The notes below the pieces were generated by a model, which was not told the origin of the DNA, made no database searches, and saw nothing but the letters and a program-made list of their open reading frames with translations. Source: Gammaproteobacteria bacterium (GTDB lineage Bacteria; Pseudomonadota; Gammaproteobacteria; Eutrophobiales; Eutrophobiaceae). From it: 64,000 nt of DNA. The stretch is taken from the NCBI GenBank assembly GCA_965116495.1, contig OZ220696.1:128001-192000 (forward strand), written 5' to 3'. The position numbers and the translations under genes were made by a program. Positions 52,556 through 61,072 of this stretch are shown piece by piece; the stretch's first letter is position 1; each line of letters opens with the position of its first letter.

Positions 52556-54586
52556 CTACGCAGCCGGCTCGACAGGGTGCCGGTAACCGGTCACCCGGAA
52601 CTTGAACCTCTTGTCAGGACTGGTCTTGGGTAGCGGACTCAGTCTCAGTTTATAGTTCTTCGGCACCATTTCCAGTTCCAGGTGGCGGGCGAGCAGCAGC
52701 ACGTTGGCCGCCAATTGCAATTCGGTCCAGCGCGCCCCGCCACAGACGTGAGTGCCGACGCCGAATGGGGCATAGGCATTGGCCCCGGCGTGTTTATGCT
52801 CTTCACGGGGTTCCTTGTAGCGTGTGATATCGAACTTCTCAGGGTCCGGAAAGTGTTTTTCCATATAATGCATTGCCGGAAATACGACCATGATGTTGGA
52901 GTAGGAGGGTATGTGGTAACCCTCTACCTCAAAGGCGTTCATGGCAGTGCGCAAGTGCATCGGTATGATCGGATACAACCTCAACACCTCCATGATAAAA
53001 CGGTGGGTTACATCGATATTGCGCAGGGTGAAATCCGCGCCCGCCGGATCGCCATCGGCGAACAACGCATCCGCCTCGGCAACAATCTGCTCCCGGCAAT
53101 CCGGGTTGTTGAGCAGTTCGTAGATCGAAAAAGCCATTGCGCTGCCGGTGTAATGGCCGGCGATAATCGGTGCGATGAATGCGAAGCCCAGGTCCGTCTC
53201 CGGCAGGAACGCGGGGTCGGAATGGTGCAGTTCCATCAGGTCGTCCACCAGGTCGCGCCGTTTGCCTTCTCGTTGCGCGGGTGTGTGCGTGGCGTGGATC
53301 AGGTCATACAATTCGAGAACACGATTGCGGTAACGCTTCATCCTTGGCGTGTGCAGGGTGAGCTTCGGCAGAATGCGCATCACGTGGACCAGTAACGCTC
53401 GGTATTCGAACTTGAGCAGGTCGTCGAGGATTTCGGAGGCATCGATGCTCACGCTGAGCTGGGCAACCTGGTCGCCGATCATCCGCTGGCAGGCCATCTC
53501 GCCCGTTACCACCTGGCCGATTCCCCATTGTCCGTATGAACGCCGGGCAAGCGCTATCAGTTCATCCATCCGGTCTTCAACGACTTTACGGGAATTTCCT
53601 GCACGCATCGCCTTGCGCATGCGAAAATGTTCGGCTCCGCCCATGCTGGCGATGGAGCGGGCCGTTCCCCACTCGGATAGAAATTCCTCCAGGTAATCCC
53701 GGGTGCGCAGGAAATTACGGCCGTTTCTGCCGACCCACTGGTTCATCTCGGCGCTGGCCAGTACTACCATTTCCCGGCCCGGGATCTTGATTTTGAAAAC
53801 CGGCCCCAACTCCCCGGCTTTTTCCGCGATGAACTTGGGTATGTTTTTTTCCCAGAAGGCCCTCGATGAGAACATGTCCCGGATTCCGACTACCGGCAGG
53901 GTGCGGCCTGTGACCGCGCGCATGCTTTCCGGAGGCCGATAAGAACTGCGTACTGCATGTCCGATGGTCCTGCCGATCAGGTCCATGCCGCTGAACAGTT
54001 CGATGCGCTCCTCGGCGAGTTCAAACTCCTCGGGTTCCAGCATCGCGCGGAAACCGCCGCAGTTGTGCGTCAGGCCGATGATGCACATGTCGCGGGGATC
54101 GGGAATCTCGTCATCAAACAGGACGCGTATGATCCGGCCCTTGATTTCTTCACCGGTCCTGCCGTGCACCATGGGGTAGCGGCCGGAACGGGACACCTTG
54201 CCGGACAGGGTCCAGAAACCGCCGGCATCGGCTTCAAAAATGTTTTTTTGTACCAGGCGGTTAATTGCCGTTTCGTTAATCTTGTCGGCGTGCCTGGCGA
54301 TGCGTTCAACCCAGTGCTGTGGAGATTGCGTCTTTTCCTCCCGGGCGATTTCCTCAAGCGCGGGGTCCAACAACTCATCCTCGGTGGGAGTTGCATCGAC
54401 CAGGGTAAGCGTCTCCAAATCGGTGTCGATACGGTTATCCAGGGCGAGGTCCATGAGGACGCTACCGGCGAGCGCGCAGGACATTTTCCACTCCGGGATA
54501 GGAATGAAATAGCCGGAATCGTCACTGTGCAACAACAGGAGCAGTTCTTCAGCAAATCTCATGTCCGTTTTCTCTGATCGGGACAT
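52556..54586 (-). CDS. Fusion protein: N-terminal GPP34 (GOLPH3/Vps74-like) domain plus C-terminal cytochrome P450
   Basis: N-terminal ~210 aa: FAEELLLLL.D..G, ALAGSVLMDLALDNRI, DATPTEDELLDPAL, RLVQKNI, RYP, PDPRD. C-terminal: AGHYT I-helix, EVLR (ExxR), PEKFD, FGVGTHVCGG heme Cys. Single ORF with no internal stop. Confidence 0.85.
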   Translation of the reverse strand: MSRSEKTDMRFAEELLLLLHSDDSGYFIPIPEWKMSCALAGSVLMDLALDNRIDTDLETLTLVDATPTEDELLDPALEEIAREEKTQSPQHWVERIARHADKINETAINRLVQKNIFEADAGGFWTLSGKVSRSGRYPMVHGRTGEEIKGRIIRVLFDDEIPDPRDMCIIGLTHNCGGFRAMLEPEEFELAEERIELFSGMDLIGRTIGHAVRSSYRPPESMRAVTGRTLPVVGIRDMFSSRAFWEKNIPKFIAEKAGELGPVFKIKIPGREMVVLASAEMNQWVGRNGRNFLRTRDYLEEFLSEWGTARSIASMGGAEHFRMRKAMRAGNSRKVVEDRMDELIALARRSYGQWGIGQVVTGEMACQRMIGDQVAQLSVSIDASEILDDLLKFEYRALLVHVMRILPKLTLHTPRMKRYRNRVLELYDLIHATHTPAQREGKRRDLVDDLMELHHSDPAFLPETDLGFAFIAPIIAGHYTGSAMAFSIYELLNNPDCREQIVAEADALFADGDPAGADFTLRNIDVTHRFIMEVLRLYPIIPMHLRTAMNAFEVEGYHIPSYSNIMVVFPAMHYMEKHFPDPEKFDITRYKEPREEHKHAGANAYAPFGVGTHVCGGARWTELQLAANVLLLARHLELEMVPKNYKLRLSPLPKTSPDKRFKFRVTGYRHPVEPAA

Positions 54587-54630
54587 TCCGGTATTTTCTC
54601 AAACGACCCCAGGTATTGGCGACATGCGAA

Positions 54631-54795
54631 TTAGCCTGTGACGGAACTCAACCGGAGATCGTCCCCGCCCGTCTCCGGATAAATTTCAGGGTAGAACTGG
54701 CGGCAATAGCGGCGGGTGGATTTTCGGTCAGAAATGAAATACCACCCCTCGGGGAACGGGGGCAGTTTATCTGTGCTGTCCATCAAGTTGATCAT
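54631..54795 (-). pseudogene. Internally deleted Rieske oxygenase remnant (KshA/Neverland-like N- and C-termini joined)
   Basis: Manual translation MINLMDSTDKLPPFPEGWYFISDRKSTRRYCRQFYPEIYPETGGDDLRLSSVTG*; no CxH/CxxH Rieske ligands remain. Confidence 0.65.
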
Positions 54796-54821
54796 TCAGA
54801 ATTCCCATGATTACGCGATAA

Positions 54822-54847
54822 TATCACATGTTATAAAACATGTTAAA
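54822..54847. promoter_or_regulatory. Putative tandem palindromic operator upstream of the Rieske remnant/P450
   Basis: ACATGTT-ATAA-AACATGT inverted repeat; overlapping 14-mers TATCACATGTTATA and TAAAACATGTTAAA. Confidence 0.4.
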
Positions 54848-54960
54848 TGTATTATATAACCCGTTAATCTCCAGTGGTATTTGTTCAGGCAATTATCTCC
54901 CAGGATTGAAGATTCCGGCGTTTGGGGGGAATTTGACTATGGTCCTTGCGCCATTACGGC

Positions 54961-56151
54961 TCACATCGGTGATGCCTTGTTGCATATATATTGTCCGATA
55001 GGAATGGCAGACGTAGCTGCTGGAGAAGGTGCATTACAAACATGCAAGCTGCGCGAACTTTCAGCAAAAAGGAAATCATGTACCAGAGTGCCATCATTCA
55101 TTACAGCCTGAGCTCGAACACCGGCAGGATAGGGTAGCAGGTCATTTGATTTTAGTTGAGGACAATATTTTTGTACTTGTCGTAAATAGCCCGCTTTCCA
55201 AATTGAATTCCTGAATTCGTTCAGGCCTGATATCCAATTCCTGGATGCCAGTTTCCAAAATCCAGGGAATGAAAATGTATCTTTTATATCCTGAAGGTCA
55301 AAATTATATTTTCCATATCCTTCTCGTTCCCAGCCTAACACTGCGTTTGGCCCAACGACGACACCTCCATTAACAATGCGGGTGAGGTGGACTCCAAGGA
55401 AGGGTAGTGTCGGATCGGGTATCGGGTATATTAAACGCTCAATAAGATCATTTTTGTCAGAGGATAATCGATAATACTCACCTCGAAATGGAATAATCCT
55501 GAAATTTATACTCAATCCATGAAGAGTGGCAAGTCGATCCGCATTAAGACCCGCACAACAAATCAGAAAACCCGTCTTAAGTACATCTGAATCAGTGGTC
55601 ACCGTCACGAATTGATCGTTTTCTTCAAGTCCCAACACTCGCGCTGAGAGTCGCATTACCCCACCCAGGGCGCTGAATTGCTCTGCCATACGATTGCATA
55701 TCTGTTTATAATCGACAATGCCGGTTACAGGAACATGTAGCGCGCCAAGCCCGGTTATATTTGGTTCCATTTTCTGGAGGTCCTCTGCAGATACTCTTGT
55801 TGCTGCAATTCCATTTATTGCACAACGCTCGTAGAGAGAGTCCATACGGATTAATTCCTGCTCATCAGTCGCGACCAGCAATTTTCCACATTGTTCGAAA
55901 TCAATATTATTTTCACGACAAAAATCTGTCGTGGCGCTCACACCCTGTCTACAGAAATCAGCCTTGAGACTGCCGGGCTCATAGTAGATGCCGGCATGGA
56001 TTACGCCGCTATTGTGGCCGGTTTGGTGAGCCGCAAGGCGGTCTTCTTTTTCCAGGACGAGAATTTTTTTCCCTGGGTGACGGCTTTGTAATTGCCAGGC
56101 AGTCGATATGCCGATGATTCCGCCGCCAACTATAATATAGTCGTATTGCAT
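54961..56151 (-). CDS. lhgO: L-2-hydroxyglutarate oxidase family FAD oxidoreductase
   Basis: IVGGGIIG, HQTGHNSGVIHAGIYY, PFRGEY, PFLGVHLT, AGVRAQA, NAPSPAATS. Confidence 0.9.
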   Translation of the reverse strand: MQYDYIIVGGGIIGISTAWQLQSRHPGKKILVLEKEDRLAAHQTGHNSGVIHAGIYYEPGSLKADFCRQGVSATTDFCRENNIDFEQCGKLLVATDEQELIRMDSLYERCAINGIAATRVSAEDLQKMEPNITGLGALHVPVTGIVDYKQICNRMAEQFSALGGVMRLSARVLGLEENDQFVTVTTDSDVLKTGFLICCAGLNADRLATLHGLSINFRIIPFRGEYYRLSSDKNDLIERLIYPIPDPTLPFLGVHLTRIVNGGVVVGPNAVLGWEREGYGKYNFDLQDIKDTFSFPGFWKLASRNWISGLNEFRNSIWKAGYLRQVQKYCPQLKSNDLLPYPAGVRAQAVMNDGTLVHDFLFAESSRSLHVCNAPSPAATSAIPIGQYICNKASPM

Positions 56152-56199
56152 GCTAGGTTATTCACAGGAATTTACGTCGACGCTCTGTTTGATCTTCTA

Positions 56200-57450
56200 T
56201 TACTTCTTATCCCATGCCGGAAAAGGGCCCAACTTCAAACATAAAAAAATTGCAATTAATAACATGCCCGTGACGGCGAAAATACCCAGGTTATAATTTC
56301 CGAAAGTATCAAAAATAAATCCCAGGGCCAGGGGTCCCATGCTGGTTCCCACCATGAAAGCTGCGAACAGGTAGCCAAAAATTTCCCCCAGGTGTTTGAG
56401 GCCAAAATATCGGCTGACCAGGTAGGCAAGTAAATCTGTTTCGGCACCAACACCCAGACCAAAGAGAAAGGCGGACATGTAGAGTAGCAGCACGTGTGAA
56501 CTGAAAAACAGGATTACAATACCAAGCGTGGACAATAAGAAAAAAATGGCCGCCACATAAGGGCCAAAAAACCGATCGACAAGAAATCCACAACCAATAC
56601 GACCGACAATTATTGAAAAACCAACTACGGAAAACAAACGTGCAGCTAACAAGGAAGAAAAGCCCTTATCCTGCAGATAGGGTATGAAATGCGTAACAAT
56701 ACTGTGCAGCGCAAATGCAATGAGTAAAAAAATAACAATCAACAGCCAAAAGGTCGAAGTGGATGCTGCTTCCGGAACTGATGACCCTGAGTGGATGTCG
56801 ACCCTGGCGGAGGTCCCATGTTCGTTTGATTTTGCGCCATCGACCACCAGACCCATAGATTCAGGCGTCTCACGATGGACAAGACCGACAAGCAAAAACG
56901 TAACAGCAAATGAAATACAGGCAAGAGCAGGATACGTCAGGCGCCAACCGATTGTATTAACCAGGTACTGACTGAGCAGGGGAATGGTGGCGGCGCCCAC
57001 ACCGGTTCCGGACATGGCAATTCCCAATGTCAGCCCCCTTTGTTTGTTAAACCATGATGAAACTGTGCGGACATAACAAGCGACAACTGGTGAAGTGAAT
57101 ATACCAATGAGTGCGAATATAAGATAAAAGTACCAGATATTTGAGCTTAAAAAATATTGCGACGCGAAAATGAAAGAGAAGGCGCCTATGGTAGACAGTA
57201 AAATCGGGCGCACACCGATTCGATCAATTAACCTGCCTGCATAAGGTGTGCACACCGCAATCATCAGCGTTCCAATGGTGATTGCACCTGATACCTGTGC
57301 ACGGGACCAGTCAAATTCGCCAGTCAATACGCGCATGAAAACACCCAGGGTATAAAATGCGATAACAGCAGGGCTGACAGTCACCCCAATGCAACTCACA
57401 ACGACGATCCACCAGCCATAGAAGATTTTCGGCCCCTGCATCTCGCTCAT
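56200..57450 (-). CDS. MFS transporter (monocarboxylate/OFA-like)
   Basis: FYGWWIV, GRLIDRIG motif A, WFNKQRGLTLG; about 12 transmembrane helices. Confidence 0.92.
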   Translation of the reverse strand: MSEMQGPKIFYGWWIVVVSCIGVTVSPAVIAFYTLGVFMRVLTGEFDWSRAQVSGAITIGTLMIAVCTPYAGRLIDRIGVRPILLSTIGAFSFIFASQYFLSSNIWYFYLIFALIGIFTSPVVACYVRTVSSWFNKQRGLTLGIAMSGTGVGAATIPLLSQYLVNTIGWRLTYPALACISFAVTFLLVGLVHRETPESMGLVVDGAKSNEHGTSARVDIHSGSSVPEAASTSTFWLLIVIFLLIAFALHSIVTHFIPYLQDKGFSSLLAARLFSVVGFSIIVGRIGCGFLVDRFFGPYVAAIFFLLSTLGIVILFFSSHVLLLYMSAFLFGLGVGAETDLLAYLVSRYFGLKHLGEIFGYLFAAFMVGTSMGPLALGFIFDTFGNYNLGIFAVTGMLLIAIFLCLKLGPFPAWDKK

Positions 57451-57763
57451 CTGCGTGACTCCTTATCCAAAAAAGGATGAGTATACTTGATGGCGGGGTC
57501 CATCACTCCGATAACTAATGCAGAATCTCCCTTTATTGCCTGGTTGAGAACCAGTTGCCGTGCATAATACGCAGACTGGCGGATATTCCTGTTTAATTGA
57601 AATCCTGTCTATTTAGTATAAAATGTTTTAAATGAAATGATAGACAATATTATCGAATGAAAATATTTTATAAAGCAGTTCAATAGCCCTGTAAACCTCC
57701 ATGGAGTCTGGCTGGCATATTGAAGATAATGGTTCATAAATAAATAACAACCGGAGATATATC

Positions 57764-58147
57764 ATGAGTAGCAGAACACCCGAACAGGATGCGATTGAGG
57801 CATGTATTCAAAAATACACGGATGGAATCGCACAGCACGACACCGACCTGGTTGCTGAGGCTTTCCATCCACAGGCTATAATGAGTAGTCACAGGGGAGA
57901 TGATTTCTCGATAGTGCCCGCAGCTGAAACTATCGTTAATTACATGAAATCCATCCCGCCCATTTCAGAATCGAGCCCTGACTTTGCCGGGCGGGTAATA
58001 TCAGTTGACCAGAAAGAAACGATGGCGACTGCAATAATAGGTGAGGATGCACTGGAAGGGTTAAATTTTATTACTTATTTTCATTTACACAAGGTGGACG
58101 GCACCTGGTTAATTACCAGTAAGGCGACGTATGGAGAACCAATGTAA
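57764..58147 (+). CDS. NTF2/SnoaL-like (lumazine-binding-type) protein
   Basis: IQKYTDG..AFHPQA..TYFHLHKVDGTWLITSK; GGAG RBS upstream. Confidence 0.8.
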   Translation: MSSRTPEQDAIEACIQKYTDGIAQHDTDLVAEAFHPQAIMSSHRGDDFSIVPAAETIVNYMKSIPPISESSPDFAGRVISVDQKETMATAIIGEDALEGLNFITYFHLHKVDGTWLITSKATYGEPM

Positions 58148-58246
58148 TATTTGGGTAAAGTTCAGAAATTATGACCCCGATGCCAAAGCCCTGGCGCCGC
58201 AGCTTAAGGGACTTGACCCGCTTAATTTTTTTGGAGAGAGATATTA

Positions 58247-58879
58247 ATGGCAATTTTAAGATTATCAAACGGTGAAGTGTATGTAACCTATAAGGACATT
58301 AATAAGATTATAGCCCCTGCAGGGATGACAGTTGGTCGATTCCCGTACCCGGAAGCCCTTGAGGCCAAGGTGGCGGAAATGTCCAAGCCACTGACAAAGG
58401 AATCCTTGGATTTAGTGTTCGGCGAGATGGCATCGAGTGTAGAAGGGATACTGAAGGATGCGAACTATAGTTATGCTGCTTGTCGCGGCGCTGTCTATGT
58501 TCCACCGGAGACGAAAGGCGGTAAATGCGCTTTCTCCATGGCCTTGGCCGGCATGGAGGAACCGATGAATGCTGAGATGAATGAATCCGATACGAGTGAC
58601 TATAAACTCCCACACGTATTGCGTACAGATAATTGGCATTTCGCATTTGCAAGTGCCTTCGTAAAAGGAATGCAACTGGAGGGTGATTTGCAGGCCGTGA
58701 TATATGTGACCGCCGGAGAGTGGCAGCGCCTGGATTCCAATATACTTACCTGGGTTATTTTCACATTCGGTGAACCGGTTGTGGGACTTAGCTACTTTGC
58801 AGATGAACCAAACGCTCAAGGAAAATGGGAAACAGATGTGGCACCTGATCACGTTATCCTGGATACAATGAAGTTTTAG
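58247..58879 (+). CDS. Divergent acireductone-dioxygenase-like cupin
   Basis: MAILRLSNG..DI..IAP N-terminus and V.AGE....W....YF C-terminus resemble ARD-family proteins; metal ligands are degenerate. Confidence 0.55.
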   Translation: MAILRLSNGEVYVTYKDINKIIAPAGMTVGRFPYPEALEAKVAEMSKPLTKESLDLVFGEMASSVEGILKDANYSYAACRGAVYVPPETKGGKCAFSMALAGMEEPMNAEMNESDTSDYKLPHVLRTDNWHFAFASAFVKGMQLEGDLQAVIYVTAGEWQRLDSNILTWVIFTFGEPVVGLSYFADEPNAQGKWETDVAPDHVILDTMKF

Positions 58880-59079
58880 CAATTATTAAATGCGCAACCA
58901 ACTGTATGCTACTGAATTGACCATGATTGCCAATAAACCCGGCCGGCGTTTCTCAGGTGTACAGGGATTTTGCTTTCGCAGGCCCACAGCACATTGCAGA
59001 TTTTATTTCCAGGCCTCGCACCATTGGAGTACACATCGGCTATACCTACTAGAAATTGGCGCTTGCAGGAGAGAACGAT

Positions 59080-60222
59080 ATGACAGACAAGCCTATCGCC
59101 AAGCTGTTCACTGACGAGGAAATTCAGGGTATCCGTGAAGGCATTGACGGTGTCAAACGCGCCATACCCTCACGCTTTTACCACGATGAGGCGATCTATC
59201 ACTACGAAGTTGAACACCTGTTGAGGAAAAACTGGTTATGCGTGGGTCGCTGGGATCGGGTCGAACATCCGGGTGATTACTTCACCGTGAGGATGTGGCA
59301 AGAGTCGATTGTCATCGTTCGGGACAATGAAGGGGCTTTGCATGCCCTGGTTAATGTCTGCCAACATCGCTACACACAGGTGGTAGGAGATGGATGCGGC
59401 AACAGCAAGTTTTTTACCTGCCCTTATCATAGCTGGACCTATAACCTGGATGGTAGTTTACGCGGTGTTGCACTGGCTGAACTGCCAGGTTTTGATAAAA
59501 ATAAGTGCAGTATGCCAAAACTCAGGATTGAACAATGGCAGGGGTTTATTTTTATCAATTTTGACAGTGAGGCTAAACCCCTGGCGCCCCAAGTGGAAGC
59601 GGTCAACCCTCACTTTGAGGAATATAAGGTCTCCGAGTACAGGGAAAGAAACGCCGTCGACTACGAGGCCAACTGGAACTGGAAATTCTCGTTTGAAACC
59701 GGTTATGAAGGTTATCATCATTGTGGTCTTCACCGTGACCGCATTAATAATATCGTGCCGGGTAACAATACCAGGCCGCTGGATTTTGGCAAAGCTTGTG
59801 GATCCTACACGATGTGGATGAAAGACGATCCGGCCTTGAAGGAAAAAATGGAACAGCGCGAAAAAGACGGTTACCTGGGGCGGGATCCGAGCGCAAAATT
59901 CATTGGCATATATCCGAACCTGATTATATTCCTTAATTCTAAACAGGTAACGTATATCATCACCCAGCATCAAAAGGTTGATTTTAGTTATGCATCAACC
60001 CGACAGGCCTTTTCGCCAAAGATTTTAGCCCTGCCAAAAGCGGAAAAGGCCATTGCGGAACAGGATCAAAGCATGAGAGATACACAGGATGAAGACACAT
60101 ATGGATGTACCATGCTGCAAAAGGGAGTTAGTTCCCGGACAAACAGTACAGGGGTCATCCACCCACTGGAGCAACAACTAAATCACTATCATAACTGGTA
60201 CCTGGATCAACTTAACCAGTAA
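59080..60222 (+). CDS. Rieske non-heme iron oxygenase alpha subunit (CntA/choline monooxygenase-like)
   Basis: NVCQHR...CPYHSW [2Fe-2S] ligands, NWK...EGYHHCGLH and DED mononuclear Fe ligands. Confidence 0.92.
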   Translation: MTDKPIAKLFTDEEIQGIREGIDGVKRAIPSRFYHDEAIYHYEVEHLLRKNWLCVGRWDRVEHPGDYFTVRMWQESIVIVRDNEGALHALVNVCQHRYTQVVGDGCGNSKFFTCPYHSWTYNLDGSLRGVALAELPGFDKNKCSMPKLRIEQWQGFIFINFDSEAKPLAPQVEAVNPHFEEYKVSEYRERNAVDYEANWNWKFSFETGYEGYHHCGLHRDRINNIVPGNNTRPLDFGKACGSYTMWMKDDPALKEKMEQREKDGYLGRDPSAKFIGIYPNLIIFLNSKQVTYIITQHQKVDFSYASTRQAFSPKILALPKAEKAIAEQDQSMRDTQDEDTYGCTMLQKGVSSRTNSTGVIHPLEQQLNHYHNWYLDQLNQ

Positions 60223-60248
60223 TTCCACCTGTTAAACTCTAACAAATC

Positions 60249-61019
60249 ATGCAAGTAAAAAATCTAGCTGCAATTGTTACCGGTGGTGGTACCGGGATCG
60301 GTTTTGCGACGGCGAAGTTACTCAGTGATGAAGGAGCCAGGGTAACGATTCTCGGACGTAGGAAAGATGTCATTGAAAAAGCCGGGCAAGAGATCGGCGC
60401 GCTGGGAATATCCTGTGACATCAGTGATGAAAAGAGTACCGAAGCTGCGTTTAATCAGGCGACAGAGGCCCATGGGCCTGTACGGATCCTGGTAAATAGC
60501 GCCGCAGTAAGCCCGCAAAATCGACCCGTTGTCGATGATGCCGGCCCGGTTCCGCTGAACTGGTTTACTGACCTTGTCGCGATTAACCTTTCCGGTATTT
60601 TCAATACAACCCGTTTGGCAGCAGCTGAAATGCGCGACGCAAATGAGCTGGATGATAAGTCGCGAGGCGTCATTATTAATATCTCTTCGGTTTCCGGGCA
60701 CGATGGACCGACGGATAATATCGCTTACGTGGCTTCCAAGGGCGGCATAAACAGCATGACCCTGGCACTGGCTCGTGAATTTGGTCAATTTGCTGTGCGC
60801 GTTGTGACAATATCTCCCGGCCCTGTTGATACACCGTTGTCGAGAGAGAACGTACCACAGGAAATGTGGGATGCGCTTCCGCATGTTATGCCTTTTCCGA
60901 AAAGAGCGGCTGATCCCTCCGAGGTAGCACGAACGGTACTTCATGTCTGTGAACAAACCTATCTTAATGGTGAAATCATCCGCTTTGATGGTGGCTATCG
61001 TGTGCCGTTTATGAATTGA
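60249..61019 (+). CDS. Short-chain dehydrogenase/reductase (HSD10/3-hydroxyacyl-CoA dehydrogenase type 2-like)
   Basis: TGGGTGIG, RGVIINISS, YVASKGG, YLNGEIIRFDGG. Confidence 0.9.
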   Translation: MQVKNLAAIVTGGGTGIGFATAKLLSDEGARVTILGRRKDVIEKAGQEIGALGISCDISDEKSTEAAFNQATEAHGPVRILVNSAAVSPQNRPVVDDAGPVPLNWFTDLVAINLSGIFNTTRLAAAEMRDANELDDKSRGVIINISSVSGHDGPTDNIAYVASKGGINSMTLALAREFGQFAVRVVTISPGPVDTPLSRENVPQEMWDALPHVMPFPKRAADPSEVARTVLHVCEQTYLNGEIIRFDGGYRVPFMN

Positions 61020-61072
61020 GGCTTTGATGATGGGTATGATGTTGGGAAAAAGAATAGAGCAGGCATACTGAT

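Noticed and set aside
54616-54810. Plus-strand 64-aa ORF from the track
   Set aside because: It has no motifs; the minus-strand frame carries the recognisable Rieske terminal motifs.
57606-57646. TGTCTAT...ATAGACA inverted repeat in the divergent promoter region
   Set aside because: Only 7-bp arms with a long spacer in AT-rich DNA, and no regulator nearby; too weak to call.
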